From NCBI GenBank assembly GCA_965246715.1, contig CBDFFH010000038.1, positions 132,081 to 196,080 of the forward strand: 64,000 nucleotides of DNA. Reading direction: 5' to 3'. The notes under the pieces were generated by a model. The model saw nothing but the letters and a program-made list of their open reading frames with translations, had not been told where the DNA came from and searched no databases. How positions within the stretch are numbered: position 1 is the stretch's first letter; each line of letters opens with the position of its first letter. This DNA comes from Chamaesiphon sp. (GTDB lineage: Bacteria > Cyanobacteriota > Cyanobacteriia > Cyanobacteriales > Chamaesiphonaceae). Below, piece by piece: positions 1-10,700 of the stretch. A program made the position numbers and the translations under genes.

Positions 1-371
1 ATGAATTAACAATGGCATTGATTGATGTTCAACGTCTTGAGATCGGATCTGAATTAAGTAGCAAGGGATTAGTACAAGCTCAAAAGTTTTCTTGGACAAA
101 AATGGCTGAGGAGCTTTCTCAAGTATTAATATCAACATTCGATCGAATTGAATCTGGCGAGCTACTGACGAACGATCCGCTTTGGTCTGAATTACGAAAG
201 TTACAAGTAGGTGAGTATCGGGAAGGACTATATAACCTCGCGCGGGAGTTGGAAGATGCTCGTCAAAAAATTATCTTCATGCAAAATAGTAATTTTTGGA
301 AGCTCCGGCAACAGTGGTTTCGATTGAAGCAAATGCTTAGATTAGTAGATCGAATTGACTCGGATTTGTAA
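1..371 (+). CDS. C-terminal part of a probable glycosyltransferase (gene starts before the window)
   Basis: Frame is open from the window edge. 'GLVQAQKFSWTKMAE' resembles GT-B (GT4) C-termini, and the 'MQNSNFWKLRQQW' tail is typical of cyanobacterial GTs. Two more GT genes follow. Confidence 0.65.
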   Translation, partial: ELTMALIDVQRLEIGSELSSKGLVQAQKFSWTKMAEELSQVLISTFDRIESGELLTNDPLWSELRKLQVGEYREGLYNLARELEDARQKIIFMQNSNFWKLRQQWFRLKQMLRLVDRIDSDL

Positions 372-589
372 ATTTATCTGTCGATCGACTAGTATTAAAA
401 TCGGCGATTAAATCTAACAAATAAATAGTATAGAGAGCCGCCTAATCTAAAATAAATTTATCGCACAGACTACTCGAACGTTATATAATCGATAACGAAG
501 TCAATAATCCTTACCCATAGAAATAGAGATCCTCAAATAGATCGTGAATACCGATCCAGAATTAGTGTGATGGATATAGCTATTTAATC

Positions 590-1528
590 GTGAACTATTC
601 TTCCTGTCCTACACCCGTAGCCTTCATTATTTTCAATCGTCCAGAATTCACCCGTCAGGTGTTCGATGCGATTCGTGCGGCACGTCCCCAACAGCTATTT
701 GTCATTGCCGATGCACCGCGTGTTGGCCGTCCTGACGATATTGCTAGATGTGCGGCAACTAGGGCGATTATTGATGAAGTCGATTGGGACTGTGAAGTAT
801 TTAAAAACTATGCCGATCGAAATTTAGGATGTGGATTGCGTCCAGCGAGCGGTCTAAATTGGGTCTTCGATCGCGTAGAAACCGCGATCGTGCTGGAAGA
901 TGACTGTTTGCCAGATCCGACCTTTTTCCCATACTGCACCGAGCTATTAGCGCATTATCAAAACGATCGGCGCATCTTTCATATCTCTGGAAACAACTTT
1001 CAATTCGGCCAGCAGCGTGGCGAAGCTAGCTATTTTTACTCTCGGTATACCCATCACTGGGGTTGGGCAACTTGGCGCAGAGCTTGGCAGTATTTTGACT
1101 ACGATCTGACCAAATGGCCGAGTTTGCAGGCAACAGATTGGCTGGAGAGTCTGCTTGACACTCCCGAGGCGATTGATTATTGGCAGCAAATTTTCGATGG
1201 AGTTTATCATGGCGATAAGTCCCATATTTGGGACTATCAATGGACATTTGCTTGCTGGCTAGCTGGCGGTTTATGTATTAGTCCCCAGGTGGATCTGATC
1301 TCCAACATTGGGTTTACACCAGAGGGTACTCATACGATTAGGCAAAATCAATTTGCTAATTTACCAGTTAGTAAGATGCAATTTCCTTTAGTTCATCCGC
1401 CAGCAATCATTCGCGATCGTGCTGCGGATATGTTCGTTCAATCGAGTAAATTTAATCTCGATCTGTGGTCTCGGCTGAAACGTAAAATTTACTGGTATCG
1501 ATTACTGCAACAGTTCAGATCTTTATAA
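590..1528 (+). CDS. Nucleotide-diphospho-sugar transferase (GT-A, HlpA-like glycosyltransferase)
   Basis: Motifs FNRP, NLGC, IVLEDDC, HHWGWATWRRAW, WDYQW and SNIGF. Confidence 0.85.
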   Translation: MNYSSCPTPVAFIIFNRPEFTRQVFDAIRAARPQQLFVIADAPRVGRPDDIARCAATRAIIDEVDWDCEVFKNYADRNLGCGLRPASGLNWVFDRVETAIVLEDDCLPDPTFFPYCTELLAHYQNDRRIFHISGNNFQFGQQRGEASYFYSRYTHHWGWATWRRAWQYFDYDLTKWPSLQATDWLESLLDTPEAIDYWQQIFDGVYHGDKSHIWDYQWTFACWLAGGLCISPQVDLISNIGFTPEGTHTIRQNQFANLPVSKMQFPLVHPPAIIRDRAADMFVQSSKFNLDLWSRLKRKIYWYRLLQQFRSL

Positions 1529-1536
1529 TTTTGTAG

Positions 1537-2406
1537 ATGCTCGATCTTCCGCGTGTAGCTGTAATAACGCCAACATTTAATCGTCAAGCTAAGCTCTTAA
1601 GATTTTTGGATGCGTTGGCGATTCAAACCTATCCTAATTTACAAGTTATTATCATTGATTCTGGCTCGATCGATGGTACTCCCGATCGAGTTCGAGAAAA
1701 GTTTCCGCGCGTCACTTTGCTAGAGGTAAGCGATCGCAATTTTTGGGCAGGTGCGACTAATGCCGGGGTGAAATTAGCACTCGAACGACAAGTAGATTAT
1801 ATTTTTACAATCAATGATGATTCCGTTATCGCGCCCGATCATATCAAACGCTTAGTCGATCTAGCCCAACAGCATCAACTCGCGATCGTTGGCAATCGGA
1901 TCGATTATCTTGTCCCGGTCGATAAAGTGTGGTCTTTAGGTACTTATTCAGACTGGGGTACCGATCGATTTTTGAAAATTGCCTACAATAATATCGATCT
2001 AGCTAATATTCCCGACGGTATTTTAAAACAAGAATTAATTAAGGTCGATGCCTTACCTGGTAACGGCGTATTGATCGCCAGAGCGGTGTTCGAGCGAGTT
2101 GGCTTATACAATACTCGCTTTTGTCCTCATTATCATGCTGATTCAGAATTGCTGATGCGTGCCAAGCAATTAGCAAATATCGATGCGTGGATCGCCCCAA
2201 ACATAGTTTTGCAAAATGATTTTAATGACGAACAAAAACGCTCGCATGGAAGTGGATTAGCTAAATTACTATATATATTTTTCAATCCTAAATCTCATTT
2301 ATTTATGCCAGCAATTTTATATCCGATCTGGCAGTATTGTCCGCCATCTCAAAAAATCCAGACATTGTTTAGTTTGATTAAAAGATTCAAAAACATGAAT
2401 CCCTAG
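1537..2406 (+). CDS. Glycosyltransferase family 2
   Basis: Motifs VITPTFNR, IIDSGSIDGT, INDD, GNGVL and HYHAD. Confidence 0.9.
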   Translation: MLDLPRVAVITPTFNRQAKLLRFLDALAIQTYPNLQVIIIDSGSIDGTPDRVREKFPRVTLLEVSDRNFWAGATNAGVKLALERQVDYIFTINDDSVIAPDHIKRLVDLAQQHQLAIVGNRIDYLVPVDKVWSLGTYSDWGTDRFLKIAYNNIDLANIPDGILKQELIKVDALPGNGVLIARAVFERVGLYNTRFCPHYHADSELLMRAKQLANIDAWIAPNIVLQNDFNDEQKRSHGSGLAKLLYIFFNPKSHLFMPAILYPIWQYCPPSQKIQTLFSLIKRFKNMNP

Positions 2407-3823
2407 TCTCATCGCCTTCAACAATAGCAAAAATCATCTGTTTAAGCTAAAGCTACCCGAAATCCAGTAGATCGATCGGAATAAAACGCCGACATCGAAC
2501 AGCGTGAAGCACTCCGACAAGCGCGTGGCGGACAAGACCAAGCACCGCCCCGCAGCGGGCGATAATTAGCATCTCCAGCCAATTGCGGGCGACCGTCACT
2601 AAGCGCGTGCTGATAATTTTCTTGCCAGTAGTCGCTGCACCATTCCCAGACATTACCGTGCAGATCGTACAATCCAAACGCATTCGGCGGAAACTTGCCC
2701 ACCGGAGTCGTTTCCTGGCGATATTCGCTCTCCGGTGCGCGATTAAAACTCTCGCGACCGTCGCAATTTCCCAGATCTGCCATCATCGTCGCACCATAAT
2801 GAAACGGTGTCGTCGTTCCAGCGCGACAAGCATACTCCCATTCAGCTTCACTCGGCAGCTGATAGGCTCTGCCAGTTTTCTGGGATAATACTTTGCAAAA
2901 CTCGATCGCCTCATAGTAATTGACAGTCTCGATCGGATGTCCGTCTTTGCAAAAATAGGCAGGATTTTGACCCATCAATAGCTGATACTGTGCTTGCGTA
3001 ATCGGATATCGCCCCAACCAAAACGGCTCGATTTCCACCCGGTGTTGGGGTTGTTCGTTAGCTGCCAATTTATGTTCTGAAGTTGACGCACCCATCACAA
3101 AGTTACCCCCCGGAATGCAAGCCATCGCCAGATATTGTTTTTTCCAGAAGCTACCACCGATCGGCTCGCGGAAATAGCGGATTTGATGTTCGGTGTAAGA
3201 CTCGATCCGCCCGTCCCGTCGTACTATAACGCTCTCGTAGCTAGCGATTTCGATCGATGGATAGTTTTTGAATTGGGTGGAGTTTAAGGCCGTAATCGGG
3301 GCGGCTCGTTGGACTGGTAATGCGCTGTTGACTGCTTTTTTAGCAGGATTAACGCTCGTTGATGCTGCTACTAACATCGGCTTTGTTAAAGCCGTCTGGA
3401 CTGCTGCTGCCGTCTGATAACGGTCTTTGAGCAAGTTCTGAATGGTGCGATCGAGAATCCGACCCAAATCGTCCCCAACGAGATTGCGATCGACATATTG
3501 TCGCCAAACCCATTCCCCATTGACGGTGTCGAACAAGTCAAATGGTGAAACACTAGTCAGCAAGTAGATACAAGTAACGCCCAAACTATAAATATCGCTA
3601 GCAAACATCGCCTTGCCCCGCGCTTGTTCTGGGGCGACGTATTCCGCAGAACCAATCGTCGTTCCGGTCTTGGCTAAAGCTGTCGCAGTTGCGTATTTTG
3701 CCGCCCCAAAATCGACCAAACAGAGCTGATTATCGCTTCGGCGGCGAATGATATTTTCCGGTTTGATATCGCGATGAATTACCTCAGCGCGATGAATGAA
3801 AGTCAGGACTGGTAGTAAATCTG

Positions 3824-5311
3824 CAGGGTGAACGCACTTAAATTTCCTACTATTTAAAATCCTCGCAAATCAGTTGCAGATTTGAATTACGAAAAGTATG
3901 AAAGCTTTAATGGTAAACAAGTATAGCCAGTTAATTATGTTATATTTATTGGAAATTCAGATCGCGTCAAATGAAGCTAAAGCCAAGGCATAGTATAGCA
4001 GAACACTTTGGTGACATAAAAGACATTAGAATTGAACGGGGGAAAAAACACAAACTAATCGATATTATCACGATCTCGATTTGTGCAGTAGTATGTGGAG
4101 CAGATGGATGGGAAGACATAGAGCTGTATGGCATCACCAGAAAAAAATGGCTGGAGGAATTTCTAGAATTACCGAATGGGATACCATCTCACGATACATT
4201 TGCACGGGTATTTTCACAAATTAATCCTGAAGAATTCAATAAATCTTTCCTGCATTGGATTAAAGGAATAAGTAAAATAACAGCAGGAGAGATAATCGCA
4301 TTTGATGGAAAACAATCTCGAAATTCAAGAGACGAAAAAAATGGTAAAGGAGTAATTAATACGGTCAGTGCTTGGGCAGCAAGTAATAGATTAGTATTAG
4401 GACAAACAAAAGTCGAGAGTAAATCAAATGAAATTACTGCATTGCCTGAGTTGATTAATGCCTTAGATCTAGCTGGATGTATAGTGACAATTGATGCAAT
4501 GGGATGTCAGCGAGAAATAGTCAAGAAAATTGTCAAAAAAGAAGCAGATTATGTAATTGCTGTCAAAAAGAATCAACCAAGTTTATATGAAAGGGTAGAA
4601 CAGCTATTCAAACAGGCGATTAAAACTCGTGGTGAAAGTCTGAAAACGCATAGCTTCAGCAGTAGAGAGATGAATAGAGGTAGAGAGGAAACTCGTAATT
4701 ACCTAATGATATCAGACATTGCAACATCAATAGATCCATTGCTAAAATGGCAAAATCTGACTAGTATTTGCATGGTAGAATCAGTTCGAGTTGTCAATGA
4801 AAAAACCAGCGTAGAAGCTCGTTATTTCATCAGTAGCTTAGAAGATAATGTTGAAAAACTAGCAGAAGCAATCAGAGGTCATTGGTCGATAGAAAATTCA
4901 CTCCATTGGGTACTTGATGTTATTTTCAAAGAAGACATTAGTCGAATTAGAAAAGATAATGCTCCAGCTAATTTTGCTGTTTTAAGACATATAGCAGTTA
5001 ATATAATGAGTCAGAACAAGAGTCGAAAACTAAGTGTTAGGAAGAAGCGATTTCTTGCGAGCCTTGATGAAGAATATTCGCGCGAACTTCTAGAGGCTAT
5101 TTTAGCCTAAATTTAACTAACCCCAGAGTATGAATTTGGCTAAATATCTTTAGCCGCACTTTTGCCGGACTAAATTGAGTTAATTTAACCTCGTCTTTGG
5201 TTTCGATTTTATTGATATTGTCGTAATTGTAGTTAAGCAATCGAATATCATTAATCGCCTATTTTAGTGGCTCTCGATCGAAATAAATCCTGTTTTGATG
5301 CGTTCACCCTG
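3824..5311 (+). mobile_element. ISAs1-family insertion sequence, copy 1 (1488 bp)
   Basis: Terminal IRs CAGGGTGAACGCA / TGCGTTCACCCTG. Flanking direct repeat TAGTAAATCTG at 3813-3823 and 5312-5322. Confidence 0.95.
3971..5110 (+). CDS. ISAs1-family DDE transposase
   Basis: Motifs IPSHDT, AFDGK, KSNEIT, TIDAMGCQ, HWSIENSLHWVLD and FKED. Confidence 0.95.
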   Translation: MKLKPRHSIAEHFGDIKDIRIERGKKHKLIDIITISICAVVCGADGWEDIELYGITRKKWLEEFLELPNGIPSHDTFARVFSQINPEEFNKSFLHWIKGISKITAGEIIAFDGKQSRNSRDEKNGKGVINTVSAWAASNRLVLGQTKVESKSNEITALPELINALDLAGCIVTIDAMGCQREIVKKIVKKEADYVIAVKKNQPSLYERVEQLFKQAIKTRGESLKTHSFSSREMNRGREETRNYLMISDIATSIDPLLKWQNLTSICMVESVRVVNEKTSVEARYFISSLEDNVEKLAEAIRGHWSIENSLHWVLDVIFKEDISRIRKDNAPANFAVLRHIAVNIMSQNKSRKLSVRKKRFLASLDEEYSRELLEAILA

Positions 5312-5833
5312 TAGTAAATCTGCCAGTAACGATCGAATTTCTAATTCGTTAAAGTTTTGTCCTTTAGCGGCTAATTCTTGGGCGAGATTATCGCCATCGA
5401 TAAATTCTTGAGCGATGTACTCATATTCTTGCTGTCCGAACTGTTTATATAGCGATGGAATCTGCGGGTGTCCGCCCAATTGAGCTAATCGCAGCGATTC
5501 TTGGTGAAATAACTCCATCGCCTGGACGCGCACCGATCGATCTTGGGGATAAAATTGTTTGATAACACAGCGCGGCTTACCTGCTCGATACTCATCCTGC
5601 GCCAAAAAAGTCCGCCCAAATCCTCCTCTACCAATGAGTCGCAGACACCGATAGCGATCTCCCAAAATCAATTCCGACCCACAACCCATACAAAAATTCG
5701 CAGTTGGTTCATTGGTTGGTTGGGGACAATTAGGTTGCGGGCAAAAACTGGACATGAAGATCGGCTAAAACTCGAATGTGACACAGTGCATCTGTGGTTA
5801 GTCTACCCAAATCGGCGTGCGAATCTGACTAAG

Positions 5834-5976
5834 TAACGTCAGTTCGGGTTAAGGATATTTGCTTCGTTCGAGTCCCGCCGCCGATTGAAATCGGGGCTAG
5901 TATCACAAAGTCCGCCTGCGCGGACTACGCATCATGAGCCGAGACGTCCAGTCTCTAGGCACCTCTTATCCCGAAC
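5834..5976. repeat. MITE-like element with GTTCGGGWTAAG inverted ends and an internal AGTCCGC-CT-GCGGACT-type hairpin
   Basis: TAACGTCAGTTCGGGTTAAG at 5834 and the inverted CTTATCCCGAAC at 5965-5976. The same left end recurs at 57368, and the hairpin recurs at ~45431. Confidence 0.55.
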
Positions 5977-6065
5977 CCCTAAGAAACAAAATTTGGCAAA
6001 GTTGCTGAAAGTGCCTCTGGATAAGGTTATCGGAACTTTCAGCGTAATTAAATATAAAACAATGT

Positions 6066-6086
6066 GTAGGGTGGGCATTGCCCACC
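6066..6086 (+). repeat. GTAG-type REP palindrome
   Basis: GTAG-GGTGGGCA-T-TGCCCACC; an inverted relative lies at 19327-19346. Confidence 0.7.
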
Positions 6087-6135
6087 ATCTAGGTTTCAGG
6101 CTTTTCTGATATTATAAATATTTGCGCCGACCTAC

Positions 6136-8901
6136 TTATAAGCCATAAACTAAATGTATGAAGACCGCTTGACTATTGCCGACGATCGATTCTCTGAAGG
6201 AGACGCTACGCCAACGAGATGTTGAGCCAAAATTATCGTTATCGAATCGAATTAGATTGAGTTGTTGGATGACTGGCGAATTAGACACGATCGCGATTAC
6301 CGCTGGCTGCGAGCGACCGGAAACCGAGATTTGATAGGCCCCGATTGCTAAATCCTCGAACTGATAACTACCATCAGCTTTAGTCGTAGTCGATCTACTA
6401 ATTTTAGCATCGGCGAGATGAATGGCCGTAACTTCGGTATTTGGTAGTGGTTTCCCGCCAGCATCGGCGACGATCCCTTTGACTGTAAAAATCGGCGTTA
6501 AGGGAATCGGAATATTGGTATAACTCCCCAAGGCGACATTGACACGGAGCGAATCGATCGAACTGCGCCACCGCTCGGGTAAGTGACTGGTATGCAGATC
6601 CAAGCGATAGCTCCCTGGTGCAGCGCGAACTTCCACCCGATCGGTTAATTTAGTAGTCTGGCTCGGATCGAGGGCTTTTCGATCCAGCGTAATTAATTCG
6701 GGGTGCCAGTAACTCTCCTCCCCCGAGTCCAGCTTGCCATTACCATTGCGATCGAAAAATGGCTGGAGCGAAATCCCGCCGCTAGTCCGGAGATCTTCGA
6801 CGCGAGTATTTGCCACGCGCACGCCACCCTGAAAATCGAGCGTCGATTGCACTTCGAGCGAAAAACTTTGTTGATTGGTAAACGCCGAAATGCCCTGATA
6901 TCTGCCCAATAACTGTAGCCCAGGGGTTACAGTCATCCCGATACTCGCATTTGCCCCCCGCCCAAAGCCACTCCAGCCATAGCCCAGCTCGGATTGAAGC
7001 AAACTAGATTGATATCGCCAGCTCAATTGACTGAGGGTCGTTGCTTCGGTCTGCGCGATCGACCTGGTAGATTGATAATTGGCAACGAGATTTTGGGTAA
7101 TCCCAATCGGTGTGGGGAGTCGATAACTAAGCTCGGAATTGAAACTGATTTCATTACCCTGCAATCGTAGTTGCCATTCATTTTGTTGGTGGCTGGCACT
7201 CCACCGCACAAAGGAATTGCTATCTAACGTACCTTGAAGCGTACTAAAGCTTTTGGGTGCAAGGCTGAAATTATAGTTACCGCCGATCGCTACCCCAGAG
7301 AGACTATCGTAATTACTAACCGCCGTAAATTGCGGTGCTACTTGCCAATTGAGATCGGCTCGACTAGAAAATTTGTCGCTATTAAAATTAGCATTAAATT
7401 TGGGTGTCGGCTGATAATTGACATTACTCACCATATCCCAGCGATCGCCTGTAACGGCGGAAACAGAAGCCTTGAGCGGCACGCCCGTCGGCTGCCAAAA
7501 TATTTCACTCGATCCGCGCAACGCCAACGGATCGGCAATTACCCCGCCGCCGACAGTCAAAGATTCGCTAATTCCCCGTCGATAAGCAACGCCACCCTGT
7601 AAGCCATCTAATTTACCGACAAACTCATTGGGGATGCGGTTGTAATTTGCGCCTACCGAACCGATAATCGCGCCAGCACCCGCAGGTAATTGCCCTGGTA
7701 CTGTTGTAAAATTCACATCGCGAATTTGTGGATCGGCGGAGAGTTGGCCGCTGGGATAGAGAAACAAGCGATAATTATTCCCAAATCCCCCATCGTTACT
7801 TACAGGCACATTCTCAAACCGGAATACGCCCGAACTGTCCACTAATACTTGAGCGACTACCACCGTCCCAAACCCGCGCACCAGCCGCACCACCGTCCCA
7901 GGCTGCGCTTGTCCGACCACAGTGCGCCCTAACTGACTCGACTGCAACCGTTCGTTGGGGACGATATCGCCACCCGATAGGGAATTGGTCGGTGTAAAAT
8001 TTTGGCGTTGAATCGTTGTAAAGCCCCAATAACTCCCGATCGGATTGCCTTGTCTGCGCCAGAACGGAGCTTGCGAACCCGCAATCCAGTCGGCACTGGG
8101 GTTTTGATTGATGACAACAGCATCGCTCAAGCCCCAAGTTAGCAGATTGGCAAGTTTGGGCTGATCGACGCGTAAATACCAACTGGAGCCATAAACCGTA
8201 CCGACTGCTTTAAATTCACCTTGAGTATTGACGCGATCGGTTGCCGAGCCGCTGAGGTTGATCCGTTCCTGAAGTGCGCTCAAACTGGCCGTAGGCGGAT
8301 CGATCGCAGCCAAACCATCCAAACTCACTTTCGGCGGTGTTGCCACGGGTTTAGGCGGATTTTTGGGCAGATCGTAACTAAATTTGAGATCGATCTCCGC
8401 CTCGTCAAATTCAACTTTCACCCCTGGCAATTTCCGTAGCTCACCAATCGAAATAGCTCTTCCTAGTTGCGGAGGCGATCGCAATTGACGCGGATCTAGT
8501 CTGACTTGGAGATATGCAGCGGTGAGTTCTAATTCGCCATTAATTAATTGTTTTTGTTGAATCCCCAATAATTTCAGCGTCGCGTCAAATGGTAATAACC
8601 AGCGATCGATTTCGATCGGACGATGCTTGAGTCGGTCGATTTCGCCACTAACGCCGATCTGTTGCGGGTTAGCATTATTGACGAGCGCGGTAATTTGACC
8701 GATTTTAAGTGTTTGCGGCTCGCTCGTCGGTGCCGATGGCGAGTCATTCGCTGGCGACGAATCGCTGACTAATTTCGCTGGTGTCGCGGCGGCATCGATA
8801 AGTGCTGTCTGCTCGACAACGCTGCACCACAACACAATTTGCGCCAGTAAATATAGCCGCTGGCGCAGATATTTCCAGTAGTAGGTCGGATGCGATCGCA
8901 A
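6136..8901 (-). CDS. Large outer-membrane usher-like protein with C-terminal carboxypeptidase-regulatory-like (CnaB-type) domains
   Basis: Beta-strand-rich core, YRRGISESLTVG, PFFDRNGNGKLDSGE and TTTKADGSYQFEDL. The start position is uncertain. Confidence 0.65.
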   Translation of the reverse strand: MRSHPTYYWKYLRQRLYLLAQIVLWCSVVEQTALIDAAATPAKLVSDSSPANDSPSAPTSEPQTLKIGQITALVNNANPQQIGVSGEIDRLKHRPIEIDRWLLPFDATLKLLGIQQKQLINGELELTAAYLQVRLDPRQLRSPPQLGRAISIGELRKLPGVKVEFDEAEIDLKFSYDLPKNPPKPVATPPKVSLDGLAAIDPPTASLSALQERINLSGSATDRVNTQGEFKAVGTVYGSSWYLRVDQPKLANLLTWGLSDAVVINQNPSADWIAGSQAPFWRRQGNPIGSYWGFTTIQRQNFTPTNSLSGGDIVPNERLQSSQLGRTVVGQAQPGTVVRLVRGFGTVVVAQVLVDSSGVFRFENVPVSNDGGFGNNYRLFLYPSGQLSADPQIRDVNFTTVPGQLPAGAGAIIGSVGANYNRIPNEFVGKLDGLQGGVAYRRGISESLTVGGGVIADPLALRGSSEIFWQPTGVPLKASVSAVTGDRWDMVSNVNYQPTPKFNANFNSDKFSSRADLNWQVAPQFTAVSNYDSLSGVAIGGNYNFSLAPKSFSTLQGTLDSNSFVRWSASHQQNEWQLRLQGNEISFNSELSYRLPTPIGITQNLVANYQSTRSIAQTEATTLSQLSWRYQSSLLQSELGYGWSGFGRGANASIGMTVTPGLQLLGRYQGISAFTNQQSFSLEVQSTLDFQGGVRVANTRVEDLRTSGGISLQPFFDRNGNGKLDSGEESYWHPELITLDRKALDPSQTTKLTDRVEVRAAPGSYRLDLHTSHLPERWRSSIDSLRVNVALGSYTNIPIPLTPIFTVKGIVADAGGKPLPNTEVTAIHLADAKISRSTTTKADGSYQFEDLAIGAYQISVSGRSQPAVIAIVSNSPVIQQLNLIRFDNDNFGSTSRWRSVSFRESIVGNSQAVFIHLVYGL
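6191..6214 (-). repeat. 24-nt HIP1-inserted mini-element (in frame within the CDS)
   Basis: Minus strand reads CG[TTGGCGTAGCGTCTCCTTCAGAGA]ATCG. Confidence 0.8.
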
Positions 8902-9110
8902 ATGATAGATACAATATTCCCTGATTCGATCTTATCAGACTTCCCTTGTCCTCAAATTGGCTGCGCTCCGATCGATAATCGAGATCGCACCATGCCAGCG
9001 GCGGATCGCTCGAAATACAGATTGACACGAGCTATTCGATCTCAGGTGTTGCACCAGTACATAAAAACCGATCGCGAAGCATGCCACCAAGCCGGTCGAA
9101 TCGTCACAAA

Positions 9111-9180
9111 ACTTACTCACAACTACCAAAACTAGCCAGCCACTAAAACACCAGTAACTTTGTTTTGATGCAAGATGTGA
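9111..9180. repeat. Dispersed repeat ending GATGCAAGATGTGA; second copy at 28826-29027
   Basis: Shares CAACTACCAAAACTA...CCACTAAAACA...GTAACTTTG.TTTGATGCAAGATGTGA with the 29-kb copy. Confidence 0.7.
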
Positions 9181-9193
9181 ACGATCCGAGCGA

Positions 9194-10336
9194 TTATTTC
9201 AGCTGAAAAATATCAGCATAGACTCCGATTAAATCATCAAAATCGTCAGAAATTAATCTATCTTTATCTGGACTATCGTAAACTACTAATACGGATTTGT
9301 CATCGCGATCGAGAGTCAATCCTTCTGCTCGATCTTGCTGTTCGCGATGCGGAATATCCCCCAGATATGTCAATTGCTGATTCTGTTGACTGGAAAGACT
9401 ATTATCTACGAGTTCGAATGGACGATCCAAGCGAAATAATGAATGCCTTCCATCTAAAGCCATTGTCGGGCCAGCTAAAATTAGTAAACTGTTATGGCTG
9501 TTATCCCAACATAATTCTCGGATGCCCAAGCCATTGAGATCGAGAAAATGACGTTTATATTGTCGGCGATCGTTGCCGATAGTTTTGAGATTTAATTCTG
9601 GTGACGAACCGTCATCAATTTCAATTTCGATTAGGATCGCCATCTCGCGTAGCACGGGACCCCGCAAGCCAATTACCAAGCGATTGCCCCAAACGGCCAA
9701 TCCTTCAATGTCAAATCCATTCTCTTTACTAGGTAAGTAAAAATAAAATTCTTGACCCGATCGAGATGTGCGATCGGGTCGATCGATCGTGCGTCCCAGA
9801 TCGAGATATTCATCTGTTGCCAATGCTTTGGTTAGCAAACTATTACTTCCCTCTCGTTTTAGCCAATCTGTTTGATGGGAGCCGCTATTTGCGATTTCCC
9901 CAGCCTTATTAATCGCAATTCGAGCTAATAAGTAACGATTTTCCTGCCGTTCGATATTTTTCAGTTCTTCATTTTTTACCATAAATTTATCTGGCTTTAC
10001 TTTGACTTTTTTGCGCTTACTACTATGCGAGCCGATCGCCCACAGGTAGCCATCGCTATAGTCTAAGCCTTCGATATCGACCTCACCTTGAAGCTCATCA
10101 AAACCGTCGATAAAATTTTTAAAATCAAACCGCTGATGATTGTCAAAAATATTTTTATCATCTTTGCTTTGGGTGAATCTCTCGATCGAAGTAAATTCAT
10201 CTGTCCCCATCCACAGATATTTACCTTGATGGGAGAACACCGCACTGGATAAATTTTCGACGATCTTTGCTCTGAGATCCTTGTCTAGTCGTGGATCGCA
10301 CGAAATTTTCATTCTACCTTTTCTTTGTAAGTCCAT
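9194..10336 (-). CDS. DUF3616 family protein (predicted beta-propeller)
   Basis: Motifs DIEGLDY..GYLW..GSHS.KRKK, KENGFDIEGLAV, GLRGPVL, LDLNGLGIREL, AEGL and VVYDSP. Confidence 0.8.
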   Translation of the reverse strand: MDLQRKGRMKISCDPRLDKDLRAKIVENLSSAVFSHQGKYLWMGTDEFTSIERFTQSKDDKNIFDNHQRFDFKNFIDGFDELQGEVDIEGLDYSDGYLWAIGSHSSKRKKVKVKPDKFMVKNEELKNIERQENRYLLARIAINKAGEIANSGSHQTDWLKREGSNSLLTKALATDEYLDLGRTIDRPDRTSRSGQEFYFYLPSKENGFDIEGLAVWGNRLVIGLRGPVLREMAILIEIEIDDGSSPELNLKTIGNDRRQYKRHFLDLNGLGIRELCWDNSHNSLLILAGPTMALDGRHSLFRLDRPFELVDNSLSSQQNQQLTYLGDIPHREQQDRAEGLTLDRDDKSVLVVYDSPDKDRLISDDFDDLIGVYADIFQLK

Positions 10337-10700
10337 TGTCTTGCCGTATGAATGTTTTTATATTACAAATCATGTAGTCGTCAGTCATATCTCTGAATTA
10401 TATTGATATTATGTGTTCGAGAAGCATCTCAAAATCGTTTGACTTAATAAATCTTTTAAAGCCGGAGCTGTGATAGATCGGTCGCAATGTCAACCGCCAT
10501 TTTTTCTTTAGCTAAATTATTTGTTTTCCCACTTATAGCAACAAACACCATGAAAGTAGCCGATCGTAATTTACATTACAAACTTTGATTCGATCTGAAT
10601 ATTCCCTGAATTTATATCCCGCTCCGTCGATGGCAAAAATTGACTTGAGATTGTCGAGTTATTGAATTAATTTATAATTTAACGGTGGACGAGTAAATAC

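Larger units (their letters stand above)
2442..5755 (-). pseudogene. Zn-ribbon Ser/Thr kinase + FGE-sulfatase (SUMF1/CLec) gene interrupted by ISAs1
   Basis: The N-part (5312-5755) has a 4-Cys prefix and GRGGFG. Removing the IS and one target copy restores LLADLL|PVLTFIHRAEVIHRDIKPEN...DFG in frame. The C-part has LPSEAEWEYACR, GLYDLHGNVWEWC and LRGGAW. Confidence 0.92.
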
